Virus record (IMG/VR): IMGVR_UViG_3300045049_000339
Location: 43,717 to 107,716 of that record
Source: a virus
Length of the DNA: 64,000 nt
Reading direction: 5' to 3' (one strand)
The position numbers were made by a program, and so were the translations under genes. Of the stretch, positions 34,499-43,653 are shown one piece after another (position 1 is the first letter of the stretch; every line of letters begins with the position of its first letter). Below the pieces are notes generated by a model that was not told the DNA's origin, did not search any database, and saw only the letters and a program-made list of their open reading frames with translations.

Positions 34499-34974
34499 GC
34501 CTGCACCGCCTCATACAATTCCATGCCAATACGGCACGAGTAGTAGAGCATTCGAAGGGTGGCTGGAGTGCGCTCTGGCGGGTATTCGAACTCCATGCGC
34601 TCACCGACGTCCAGCAACTGGCTCTGCTGACCGGTCAGCGGATCGGTGATGAACAAAGGCGTCGTAGTCGTCCAGAGCTTGTTGAACACCGCGTCCACGA
34701 TGGACGGGAACTCCTGGTCCAGCGTCGGCGAATCGGGATTCGTCTCGTAGACCAGGTAGATGTCGACCATCCATGCCAGGTGCTTGAAACCGGCGCCGCG
34801 AGGCATCGTCTGCCGGTCGACGCGGCACCGGCCACCCCAGATATACGCCTTGGGAACGTCCAGATCCTCGATCGTCGGCGGCGTGACGTACGCCTCCAGC
34901 GTCTGCGCCATTCCGGGGATGGCGAGGCCGTTCAACTGACCCTTCACATACTCCTGCACCGAGAGGAGTGGCAA
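34495..34974 (-). CDS. Putative tail terminator
   Basis: 159 aa; lies in head-tail joining cluster. Confidence 0.6.
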   Translation of the reverse strand: MPLLSVQEYVKGQLNGLAIPGMAQTLEAYVTPPTIEDLDVPKAYIWGGRCRVDRQTMPRGAGFKHLAWMVDIYLVYETNPDSPTLDQEFPSIVDAVFNKLWTTTTPLFITDPLTGQQSQLLDVGERMEFEYPPERTPATLRMLYYSCRIGMELYEAVQA

Positions 34975-34983
34975 TTCGTCCTC

Positions 34984-35148
34984 CTACCAGGTGTGGGGAG
35001 CGTTCACCGTGTGCGTGTGCCCACGGTGACCTTCGCGGCGGTCCTTGACGGCCTTCTTCCGCTTTTTGCGCGCCTCTCTGGCCTTGTGGCGGGCGTGCTT
35101 GCGGCGGTGATGGGCCTCGTGGCCGTGATGCTTCGCCTTTCTGGCCAT
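34984..35148 (-). CDS. 54-aa His/Lys/Arg-rich protein
   Basis: AAGGGG RBS; MARKAKHHGHEAHHRRKHARHKAREARKKRKK...; fills the gap between two virion genes. Confidence 0.65.
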   Translation of the reverse strand: MARKAKHHGHEAHHRRKHARHKAREARKKRKKAVKDRREGHRGHTHTVNAPHTW

Positions 35149-35156
35149 CACACCCC

Positions 35157-36107
35157 TTATATGACGCGGCGATACGGCTCCATGATGGTTTCCCACTGCA
35201 AATGCAGGTCGGAAACGCCGTGACCACCGGCCGTCTGCGAGCCGGTGATGTTCTGAATGGAAACCGAGGTGATGCCGGACTCCAGTGCCTGCGCCATGGA
35301 AGCCAGGACCGTCGCCCAGATCACGTCGGCGGGCAGCGAGGAAATGACCACCGAGGCCGGAGTGGAACCGGAGTGCGGGAAGGTCAGCGGAGAGGACAAA
35401 GTGAGCGTCCCAGGCCCGGCAGGAGCCGTTCCGCCGCTGTTGGGCAAGGTCAGAGGCGTATTCGCCGTGACCGAGGTGATGTGGACCGCCTCGGACTGAG
35501 ATCCGTCGTAGATGTACGCGCTGGCTCCGGCGAATCCGGTCACGTCGTCCACCGTGATGGTGGTCGCGCCGGACGTCGCGTTCGCCGTGATACCGGCGTG
35601 CGGCCAGCCGTTCAAATACGTCGCGGAGAAACGGAATCCGTTGCGGCCGTTCCACCATCCGCCGTATCCGGGCGCGATAATGATGGACTGGCCACCGGAA
35701 CCGGCGCTTCCGCCGGGAACATAAGAGTTGTACAGGCCGATAACCGGGTTCTCGATGTCGTAGTACCCGGCCGGAACCTGCGTCCATTGGCGAGGAAAGC
35801 CGTTGTAAGACGTCTGAATTGCGAGGATCTCGGTGACAGGCCACCGGCTGAGAATCCATCGGACATTGCCGGTGGCCTGTTCCAAATTGATGCGGTAGTC
35901 ACCAGGACCGGACCGCTGCTCGGTGTCAACCGTCGACCGCATGGCCTGGTTGACGAATCCGTCGATCAGCGTCGTCGCGCGCCAGCAGATGTTGTTCTGC
36001 TCAGCGAGCTGCTGCTCCGTGGTGGCCTTCGGCCACGGAATGATCGACCAGGAAACGCCCGTAGGCGCCGAAGTCAGCATGGATGGGGTGATGTACGGCG
36101 TGGCCAA
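35157..36107 (-). CDS. Head-tail adaptor protein
   Basis: MATPYIT, ATTLIDGFVNQ, LSRWPV, TYLNGW, LPADVIWAT, C-terminal MEPYRRVI. Confidence 0.75.
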   Translation of the reverse strand: MATPYITPSMLTSAPTGVSWSIIPWPKATTEQQLAEQNNICWRATTLIDGFVNQAMRSTVDTEQRSGPGDYRINLEQATGNVRWILSRWPVTEILAIQTSYNGFPRQWTQVPAGYYDIENPVIGLYNSYVPGGSAGSGGQSIIIAPGYGGWWNGRNGFRFSATYLNGWPHAGITANATSGATTITVDDVTGFAGASAYIYDGSQSEAVHITSVTANTPLTLPNSGGTAPAGPGTLTLSSPLTFPHSGSTPASVVISSLPADVIWATVLASMAQALESGITSVSIQNITGSQTAGGHGVSDLHLQWETIMEPYRRVI

Positions 36108-36122
36108 GCTGTCTCACCTCCA

Positions 36123-36299
36123 CTATTTCGGCGCCTTGATCCCGAACTGACGTGCGCACTTGGCACATAGGTGCTGTGAACGTTCCAAGTCTTCCACTTT
36201 GTGCTTATCACAGAAGAGCGACCCGCAATTTGCGCAGGCGCCGACCGGGATACTGCGTTTATTCGCATTACAGAAACGACAGTTACGGTTGTTCCGTAT
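36123..36299 (-). CDS. Small B-box/AN1-like zinc-finger ORF lacking a canonical start (absent from ORF track)
   Basis: IRNNRNCRFC...CANCGSLFCDKH...LCAKCARQFGIKAPK*; fills the intergenic gap. Confidence 0.55.
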   Translation of the reverse strand: MRNNRNCRFCNANKRSIPVGACANCGSLFCDKHKVEDLERSQHLCAKCARQFGIKAPK

Positions 36300-36329
36300 A
36301 TATTCTCCCGGCCAGCGCCTCCTCCGCGC

Positions 36330-36947
36330 TTAGCCCAGCTTCTCTTTCAGGACCGTGATCTGGTCCTCGCGTGAACGGGTGATGGGGGCGCCGACCTGCT
36401 TCGCGACCTCACGAAGCTCAGTCAGGTTCATGTTGTCGAGGTCTTCCACCTTCGGCAGGGGGGCGTCCTCGACCGGCGCCTCTGGCGTCTCGGGAGCAGC
36501 CTCCGGCTCCGGAGAGGCTGCGGGGAGCTGCGGGGCCGGAGCGGGCTCCGGCGTGGCCACGATGTCCGCCTGCGGGGCGCCGATGGGCGCAGCGGGGGCG
36601 ATCTGGCCGGTGGTCATGTACTGCATGAACTGACCGAGGACAGCGGGAAGGTCACCGAGCTTGGCAAGCTGGCCGAGAGCGTCAGCCACAGACTGGGCCT
36701 GCTCGACGGCGCCGCGCTTCTCGACGTCCTTGCGGGCGTTCTCCTCGTCCATGGTCTCTGGAATGGTGGTCACCTGGGACGACCACAGCTTGTCCGACCG
36801 CAGGTGGTCCTCGCAGGGAGCGCAGGTGAGCGCCCAGACCTTGGCGGGGGCTCCGGCGACGACGGGTCGAGCGTGGCTCTCGCCACACCCTCCGTGGTCA
36901 CGGGAAACGGCGACGTAGCAAAGGTCGCTACGTGCATAAATCGTCAT
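36330..36947 (-). CDS. Protein with N-terminal Cys/His motif and C-terminal Rho_N/SAP-like domain
   Basis: ATG at 36947 after AAGGAG; HGGCGESH..CAPCEDH; LDNMNLTELREVAKQVG...SREDQI. Confidence 0.75.
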   Translation of the reverse strand: MTIYARSDLCYVAVSRDHGGCGESHARPVVAGAPAKVWALTCAPCEDHLRSDKLWSSQVTTIPETMDEENARKDVEKRGAVEQAQSVADALGQLAKLGDLPAVLGQFMQYMTTGQIAPAAPIGAPQADIVATPEPAPAPQLPAASPEPEAAPETPEAPVEDAPLPKVEDLDNMNLTELREVAKQVGAPITRSREDQITVLKEKLG

Positions 36948-36957
36948 GGATTTCTCC

Positions 36958-37239
36958 TTACTCGGGAACGGTGTTTCCCCCGCACTTCGGGCAGGTGTGA
37001 TTCCACCTGTTCCAAAGACGGTTGCACGGCTCGCAGCGCATGCCAACCTTGGTTCCGAAGGACTGGCGTCCCACATTTCCGACCAGGTTGGCATCGCCGC
37101 CGTACTGGCTTCCCTTGAGGGCCTCAGCATGCCTGTCCGACACTGTCACCGACCCACCGGGCCGGTTCGCGGTGTACTTCGTGCCGTCCTTGCAGTCGAA
37201 ACCGGAACAGCCCGGTGGTAGATTCACCTTGACCGACAT
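36958..37239 (-). CDS. Small zinc-finger protein
   Basis: CEPC..W..W..CPKCGG; GGGGAG RBS. Confidence 0.7.
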   Translation of the reverse strand: MSVKVNLPPGCSGFDCKDGTKYTANRPGGSVTVSDRHAEALKGSQYGGDANLVGNVGRQSFGTKVGMRCEPCNRLWNRWNHTCPKCGGNTVPE

Positions 37240-37257
37240 GTTCTCCCCTTGGAAAAG

Positions 37258-37533
37258 CTAGTTGTTGGTGGAGATCAGAACGCTGACATTCACACCTGCG
37301 GTGTGCGCCAGACCGTAGATTTCCTGCCCTGTAGAACCGGCGAACGTCGAAAAGGTTACGGACTTTCCGGCGTCCAGCTCGAATCCGTGGGCGGCCGTGA
37401 CACCGGAGCCGCCCAGCGTCACGTAATTGGTGGCGTCGTTGTTCTGGATCGTGACCTGACACGGCCCGCTGGGGACCGCCACCACGGGAGTCACCGTGGA
37501 ACTGGAAACGGCGACCTGGGCCATGTTGATCAT
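37258..37533 (-). CDS. Small beta-sandwich virion (head decoration-like) protein
   Basis: VTIQN...VTLGGSGVTAAHGFEL.AG.S; similar to 38090-38413. Confidence 0.65.
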   Translation of the reverse strand: MINMAQVAVSSSTVTPVVAVPSGPCQVTIQNNDATNYVTLGGSGVTAAHGFELDAGKSVTFSTFAGSTGQEIYGLAHTAGVNVSVLISTNN

Positions 37534-38021
37534 TAGGAAGCAACCACCTGGTAGCTGATCAGGTAGGTGTGCGCAGTGGTCAGCGCACCGGCCACAATGC
37601 TGAAACCGGTCGCGGAGAACGCACCAGCACCCACGTCGACAGTCAGAATCGGCGAACCGGTGGTGTCCACGGCCGAAACGACCACGGAGACCGGGGCAGC
37701 CGCCAGAGCGGTGCCGAAGGTCACGGTCGCGACCGGACCGGCGGCCGGAGTGCCAGCCGTGGTCAGCACGAAGGAGCCACCGAGGTCATGGCCCTTCTGG
37801 GAGCCGACCGTGGAGCCGGTGCCAGCGCCAGCCGCCACGGCAGCCAGCGTCGGAGCCGTACCGGTTCCGTTGAGGGACTGGGTGGTCACACCAGCAGTGC
37901 TGCTGACCGTCAGGGAGGAGCCGGAACGGAAGGTCCAGTTACCGTCAGCCCACACATTGCGAAGGTCAAGGTCGGTACCAGCCGGAGGCAGGGTACCGAA
38001 GTCAGAGCCGCCAACGGGCAT
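37533..38021 (-). CDS. Ala/Thr/Gly-rich virion (head fibre/decoration-like) protein
   Basis: AGGAG RBS; lies downstream of the capsid gene. Confidence 0.65.
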   Translation of the reverse strand: MPVGGSDFGTLPPAGTDLDLRNVWADGNWTFRSGSSLTVSSTAGVTTQSLNGTGTAPTLAAVAAGAGTGSTVGSQKGHDLGGSFVLTTAGTPAAGPVATVTFGTALAAAPVSVVVSAVDTTGSPILTVDVGAGAFSATGFSIVAGALTTAHTYLISYQVVAS

Positions 38022-38089
38022 CTTCTACTCCTAGGGAAAGGGATGCCCGGCGCAGGAGGGGAGAGCCTGCGCCGGGCGGCTTTTGGGGA

Positions 38090-38413
38090 TTAGTCGGTGG
38101 CGTCGACCGTCGCGAGGCCGGAAACCACGAGAGTGGTACCGCTGGCCGTAATCGCGTAGATGTTCGCGGCGGCGGTGTTCTTCGGGTACGACCAGTTGTG
38201 GAAGGTCACCTGCGCACCGGCCGGGAGGCGAAGCCCGGTCGAGGAAGTGACGCCAGACTGGCCGAGGAAGCAATCCACCGAGCCGGTGTTGATGACCGTC
38301 ACATTGGTGACGGACGCACCGGTAGCGACCCACGAAGCGTTGGAGTTGAACACCTGCACGGCGGAAGTGGTCACCGAGGTGTTGGTCTGGGTTGCGGACG
38401 CGTAAAGGCCCAC
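38090..38413 (-). CDS. Small beta-sandwich virion protein
   Basis: GTG at 38413 after GGAGG; VINTG..CFLGQSGVTSSTGLRLPAG. Confidence 0.65.
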   Translation of the reverse strand: MGLYASATQTNTSVTTSAVQVFNSNASWVATGASVTNVTVINTGSVDCFLGQSGVTSSTGLRLPAGAQVTFHNWSYPKNTAAANIYAITASGTTLVVSGLATVDATD

Positions 38414-38427
38414 GAGAACCTCCAAGT

Positions 38428-38470
38428 GAACGGCCCCGCCTTTCCGGGGGATGGAAAGGCGGGGCCGAAA
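38428..38470 (-). terminator. Stem-loop after major capsid gene
   Basis: CGGCCCCGCCTTTCC/GGAAAGGCGGGGCCG, 15-bp stem. Confidence 0.65.
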
Positions 38471-38474
38471 CCTA

Positions 38475-40292
38475 TTAGCTGAACGGCGTGGTGTCCGAGA
38501 CCTGGAGGCCCTGGAGAATACCGCTGTACTGCGGAGCGTGGGAAACCAGCGCGCCGTACATGAAGATGGAGTAGCGGAAGGTCGCGTCGATGACCGGCCA
38601 GGCGATGGACACGTAGTCCTGCACCATGGTCATCTCCCACGCGTTGGCGATGTTCGTCCACGTCTGCGGGAGCTGGTAAGTCATCAGCATCGCGGTGCCC
38701 TGGGTGAGCCACGGGTGCACGACCAGCTTCAGAACCGAGCGGGTGATCGGGTTCTGGAACTCGGAAACCGCCGCGCCGACACGCACGCCGGAAACATCCG
38801 GCTGGTCGAGGAACAGACGGTAGTTCGTGGCCGCACCCTGGCTGATGACGTCGTTGGAGAGGCGCATGATGTCGCCACCCTCACCGACGATCTCAGCCGG
38901 GTCGGCGCGGAACGCGCCAGGGTTGTTACCCGCACCGACAGCACCGTCCCACAGGGCCTGGAGGGCCGTGTACAGAACGTTGTAGCTCAGGTGGGTGCCA
39001 ACGGCAGAGTTGATGTAACCACCCTGCCAGTTGCTCGGGTACACCTCACCGGCGGACTTGCCGGTCAGGGTCGGGATGATGCCCTCCATGCGGGTACCCG
39101 AGCCGGTGCCGGTGTCAGACGCCGGAGGCGTGGACGCGGCCGGGAGGGTGGTGCCCTGAAGGGTGTACTTCACGCCACCGACGCCGGAAGCAACCAGGTA
39201 GTAGCTGGTGCCGTCGTAGGCGTAGATGTTCCAGCTCTGGCCACCAGCAGGCATCGCCGGGAAGGTGACGTCCACGACCTGGCCAGCCGCCACCGTGAAG
39301 CTGGTGGACGCAGCCGAAGCGGCGGTGGTGCCGTAGTAGTTGCTCGCAACGACCTTGACGGCGGTGATGGTGGTGTTGAACGCGGTCTCGTTCGAACCGG
39401 CGGTGCGAACGGTCGCGGTCGGAGTACCCGGAGTCGCCAGCGGCACCGAAGTGGCCGACAGCATCGCGTACTCCTCGCCCAGCATCATCTCCTGGAGGAG
39501 AATCAGGTTGGCGAGAGCCGAAATGTCCTCAAAGCCCTGGCCAGCGAACTGAGCGAGCCACGAGAGCGACTCAGTCAGACCGAAGAACTTGTACGGAACA
39601 TTGAGCTGAGTCTCGGTCTGAGAACCGGTGCCCGGCAGGTTGAGCGGCCACGAAGTAGACGCCAGCGAACCAGCGGACTGGACCAGCTCCGGAATCGAGA
39701 TGTCAACGACACCCTGGCCACCCGTCTGGGTGCCGGAGATACCGGTGAACACGCGCTCGATGCGGCTGGTGCCCTGACCGGCCGGACGCGGCAACTTGTT
39801 GCGGAAAACCGTGTACATCGGGTAGATGAGACGGCTCGGCGCAAGCAGGTCGAACGGGACCAGGCCGGAAACGGTGCCGATACCGAGGTTACCGGCGGTG
39901 AAGCTACGGGTCAGGTCCGGGTTGCCGATCGCGGTGACGATCTGCTGGAGCGACTCGTTCACGCTCGGGGCGGTCAGCGCGGTGCGCAGGTTGCCGAACT
40001 GACCGAGGAAGGACGGGCTCATGCCCTTCACGACCTCGGACTTGTTCGAGTACCCACGGTGCGTCTCGGTGCGCAGCGACATGGTCGCGTTGTGCGCCTT
40101 GGTGATGATCTCACCAGGGTCCGAGAGGGCCGCGTTGCCGTTACCGACATAACCGGCACCCTTGACCATGTACGACATGCGGCTCTTGAGCATGTCGCCG
40201 GTACGGGAGTAGCGAGGGGCCTCTGCCGCCGCCTCGCCGAACGCCGACCCATTGGCGGGGGCCGGAGCGTCCACGCTGAGAATGTCAGCCAT
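38475..40292 (-). CDS. Major capsid protein with inserted Ig/FN3-like domain
   Basis: Follows protease/scaffold; strongest codon bias; LVPFDL, FRNKLPR, EEYAML, MEGI, VHPWLTQG; followed by a stem-loop. Confidence 0.8.
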   Translation of the reverse strand: MADILSVDAPAPANGSAFGEAAAEAPRYSRTGDMLKSRMSYMVKGAGYVGNGNAALSDPGEIITKAHNATMSLRTETHRGYSNKSEVVKGMSPSFLGQFGNLRTALTAPSVNESLQQIVTAIGNPDLTRSFTAGNLGIGTVSGLVPFDLLAPSRLIYPMYTVFRNKLPRPAGQGTSRIERVFTGISGTQTGGQGVVDISIPELVQSAGSLASTSWPLNLPGTGSQTETQLNVPYKFFGLTESLSWLAQFAGQGFEDISALANLILLQEMMLGEEYAMLSATSVPLATPGTPTATVRTAGSNETAFNTTITAVKVVASNYYGTTAASAASTSFTVAAGQVVDVTFPAMPAGGQSWNIYAYDGTSYYLVASGVGGVKYTLQGTTLPAASTPPASDTGTGSGTRMEGIIPTLTGKSAGEVYPSNWQGGYINSAVGTHLSYNVLYTALQALWDGAVGAGNNPGAFRADPAEIVGEGGDIMRLSNDVISQGAATNYRLFLDQPDVSGVRVGAAVSEFQNPITRSVLKLVVHPWLTQGTAMLMTYQLPQTWTNIANAWEMTMVQDYVSIAWPVIDATFRYSIFMYGALVSHAPQYSGILQGLQVSDTTPFS

Positions 40293-40325
40293 GGATCTTC
40301 CTTTCAGCGGGAAATTTGACGGGAA

Positions 40326-43300
40326 TTACGGGCGAATACCCGTCATCTGGTACAGGCGGTTCCAGGCAGCTTCCCGCTGCGCAGGGTCCGGGTTGTTGCG
40401 GGCCTCCTGCTGGAGAGCCTGCATAAGGGCCATCTGAGTACGCTCCGCGTTCTCAGCGACGGACGTGGCTGCCACCGGCACACCACTGGCCGACTTGTTG
40501 GCCATGCTCTTCTGCATCGCGAGGCCCTTGAAAGGCGCCTCACGAGGGTCTGGAATGTCAGCGAGCGCGTTGAGGCGCTTCTGCTGCTTCTTCAAAATCT
40601 TCTGCTGATCGGCGATCTGCTCCAGAAGCGGGGCGGTCGCCTCCGCGACGATGCTCTTCAGAACCTCCGGGTCGAAAGCAGGCGCAGGAGCCACCGGCTC
40701 CGCCTCCTTCGCCGGGTCCACGAGGACACCGTCGAGGCCAGCGGCCTCCGCAGCCTTCTGAGCCTTCGCAATCAGCTTCTGGGCCTTCGAGACAAGCTTG
40801 CTCGGCTCCTCCACGACGGCCCCCTCCGACTTACCGACGGGCAGCGGCACCGGACGCTCACCAACCGGCGCCTCGCCACCACGGCCAGGGCCGGACTGCG
40901 GGCACAGGTCCGGGAACGTCTGCGCGATGTGGTCGTGCATCGCAGCCATGGCCGACTTAGCCGCCTCACGCTCGGCGTTGCGGTAGTACGTACGCCCCAT
41001 GCCCGGAGGCAGCGGCGCAGGCTCGATGACCTGGTTCTTGTTGGACGGAGACTGCTCGGCGTGGCCGTCCTTGAGGTGCGCACGGTTGAAGTCGTCCGCG
41101 CACATGTGTCCCGTCGGGACGTGACCGTCGATCGAACCCAGCGGCGCCGGAGAATACTCCGCGTGACCGCTCTCGATTCGCGTGCGACGGAAGTGCGTCG
41201 GGTTCAGCTCCATCGGCGTCGGGAAAGACCCCGGACCAGGGTGCGCGTCACGGAAGTTCTTGTACGCCTCAGCGCGGATCTCCGCGATGACCTCCGGGTC
41301 GGCACTCTTGAGGGTGACAGCGTGCTGCCACAGGCGCGTCATCTCCTGCGCCTTCTCAACCGGGTCCGAAGCGGCGGAATCGAACGCCTTCTCCTGCCAC
41401 TCGCCGACGCTCAGCATCGAAATGGCGTCGGTGGGGTAGCACTTGGCCACGTCCGCCGGGTCAAAGGCGCTGCACAGGTGATCGTGCAGCGTCGCGAGGT
41501 CGCTCGGAGCGCCCGCAGCGACGTGACGCTGAGCAGCCTTCATCGCGGCACGGTCAGGGTCGGTCGGAAGGTCCGCATCGTGCTCGAAAGCCTCGATAGC
41601 GGCGCCGTCCGGCTCCCGGTGCGCCGGAACCGGAGAAATGTTGGAAGCGGCCGGACCGACAACACCCTCACCGGGAGTCGGCTTGCCCTTCTTCTTTTTC
41701 TTCGTGATGACGGCCGACTTGGCGGCCTTCACCTTGGAATCGGCCATCGGCAGGTACCCCGGATTCTTGTCTCCGCAATTCGGGCAGAATTTCTCACCCT
41801 TGTCGAGGTCGTGGTCGCACCCGAGGCAGCGGAAATCGTGATTCTTGTTGACCGCAGGGGCACCAGCGAGGGAATTGCCGCACTCCGGGCAGAAGTTGTG
41901 CACGTCGTGCACCATCGCCCCGCAGCCCTGGCAGTGCACACGGTCCTTCTTCACCAGAAGGGCGCCGCTGAATGCCTTGTCGGCCTTCGGCAGCTTCGCG
42001 TGGCACTTGTCGCAGCGCCGCAGCTTGGAGTCCGCGTGGAAAGCGGCACCGCACTTCGGGCAGTCCTTGGAAGCCTTGACGGTGTCCGGCTCCCCATCGC
42101 CCTTCTTCGCCTTCTTCTTCTTCTTACGGCGCGCAATGACCTTGTCATCGTGCTCCGTGTGCGGAGGCTGGTGCTCCGGACCGAAAGACTCGTGCGCACC
42201 GGGGAAAGGCTTCTTACCCTTCGTGGCGTCCGGCTTCGCCTCGTCCTCTTTGGCGTCGTCCTTCGCGCCGAAAGGCTTCGCGGCACCGTCAAAAGCGGGC
42301 TTCTTACCCTTCTTGCCCTTCTTGCCCTTCTCCAGCTCACCCTCGTCGGACTTGTTGGAGTCCATCTCCTTCTTCCAGGACTCCGGAAGCTCGGCCACGA
42401 AGGAAGGACCCTTACGACGGGCGATGCGGATGATGTTCCGCTTCAGCTCGTCGGTCGAGTAATTGCCCGGACCGGCACGGCCGATCGAAGAGGCGGCGTC
42501 CGAGACGTCGCCAGGCGTCACAATCGGGAACGAACGGTCACGACCGGCGAAGTCAGAGGCCGGAATCTTGTCCCGGTCGACGCCGCCGCCGACGTCCGGG
42601 TCCATCTTCCGCTTCTCGACCAGCTCACCGGCTGCGACGCGCTCCTCCGCCACGGCGCGGTGCGCCAGCAACTTGGCGAGGTCGGCAGGGGAGAAAGACA
42701 CAGAGACATCCTTGGGAAGTTCGAGGGCGATGGTCTCCCCAGGCATCGCCTTGTTCAAAACGCTGTCGACCGTGGACTGGAGCTTGTTGATCACAGCCGG
42801 GAGAGTCTCCTCGGTCGCGTCCTTCAGCTCCTTGATGACGTCCTCTGGGCCGAACAGTTCGTCTACGTACTCAGCCGCTCCGTCCGAGGCAGACTTCACA
42901 AGCTGAATACCGCAGTTCTTGTTGGCCGGACGGTCGACCAGCGAAATCTCGCACAGCTCGCCGTCGACAATACGGCCACCACGCGCGACGGAGTCACGCA
43001 TGATCTTCGGCCGGGCGATACCGACCGAGTAGGCGCGCAGAACGCCCTTCTCGACCAGCGTCTTGGCGATCGGCTCCACCACGAGGGATTTCACCCACGT
43101 GGAGCCGTCCTTCTCGGTGTACGCCTCGACGCCGACACCGGCCGGGTCGCGCTGGCTGTTGTGCTGCACACGAACGTTAGCGCCCGTGGAAAGCCAGTCC
43201 TGGACGGCCTTCTGCATCCACTTCGAGTCGACGATCTGCTCGTCGGAGTCCACGGAATCGTCGGACGCCTTCCCGAGGACGTACAGGTCCCCGTTGGCGT

Positions 43301-43382
43301 CCTTCTCGAACTTGACGATGCCGAAGGAGGCATAGGCCAGTTCATCCGACTTTGCAACTGGCTCTGTAAGGGTTGTAGCCAT
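40326..43382 (-). CDS. Prohead protease/scaffold fusion with zinc ribbons
   Basis: GKASDDSVDSDEQIV, NVRVQH, KGVLRAYSVG, EISLVDRPAN (HK97-type protease); six CxxC; coiled-coil tail. Confidence 0.85.
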   Translation of the reverse strand: MATTLTEPVAKSDELAYASFGIVKFEKDANGDLYVLGKASDDSVDSDEQIVDSKWMQKAVQDWLSTGANVRVQHNSQRDPAGVGVEAYTEKDGSTWVKSLVVEPIAKTLVEKGVLRAYSVGIARPKIMRDSVARGGRIVDGELCEISLVDRPANKNCGIQLVKSASDGAAEYVDELFGPEDVIKELKDATEETLPAVINKLQSTVDSVLNKAMPGETIALELPKDVSVSFSPADLAKLLAHRAVAEERVAAGELVEKRKMDPDVGGGVDRDKIPASDFAGRDRSFPIVTPGDVSDAASSIGRAGPGNYSTDELKRNIIRIARRKGPSFVAELPESWKKEMDSNKSDEGELEKGKKGKKGKKPAFDGAAKPFGAKDDAKEDEAKPDATKGKKPFPGAHESFGPEHQPPHTEHDDKVIARRKKKKKAKKGDGEPDTVKASKDCPKCGAAFHADSKLRRCDKCHAKLPKADKAFSGALLVKKDRVHCQGCGAMVHDVHNFCPECGNSLAGAPAVNKNHDFRCLGCDHDLDKGEKFCPNCGDKNPGYLPMADSKVKAAKSAVITKKKKKGKPTPGEGVVGPAASNISPVPAHREPDGAAIEAFEHDADLPTDPDRAAMKAAQRHVAAGAPSDLATLHDHLCSAFDPADVAKCYPTDAISMLSVGEWQEKAFDSAASDPVEKAQEMTRLWQHAVTLKSADPEVIAEIRAEAYKNFRDAHPGPGSFPTPMELNPTHFRRTRIESGHAEYSPAPLGSIDGHVPTGHMCADDFNRAHLKDGHAEQSPSNKNQVIEPAPLPPGMGRTYYRNAEREAAKSAMAAMHDHIAQTFPDLCPQSGPGRGGEAPVGERPVPLPVGKSEGAVVEEPSKLVSKAQKLIAKAQKAAEAAGLDGVLVDPAKEAEPVAPAPAFDPEVLKSIVAEATAPLLEQIADQQKILKKQQKRLNALADIPDPREAPFKGLAMQKSMANKSASGVPVAATSVAENAERTQMALMQALQQEARNNPDPAQREAAWNRLYQMTGIRP

Positions 43383-43431
43383 CAGTCTCCCTTGGTCTGG
43401 CCACAGAGCCAGAGTTCTGCGGAATCCTTTA

Positions 43432-43653
43432 CTAGTCGTCGTCTCCCGGACCGACAGCGGTCAGCCGCCAGTTCGGAATCTCCCCTGTTTTCAACTTAGT
43501 ACGCCATTTTCCGTCCTGATCCGTCCACACATATCCGTGATCGGTCAAAACGGCGTCGTACTTGATGAAAACGCGCTCACCAAGCTCTTCCAGCTTGTTG
43601 AGCGCGTCCGCGATATCCGCGAGGAGAACAGCAGCGACCTCCGAAGTGGTCAC
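43432..43653 (-). CDS. Hypothetical protein
   Basis: 73 aa; translationally coupled to portal. Confidence 0.6.
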   Translation of the reverse strand: MTTSEVAAVLLADIADALNKLEELGERVFIKYDAVLTDHGYVWTDQDGKWRTKLKTGEIPNWRLTAVGPGDDD

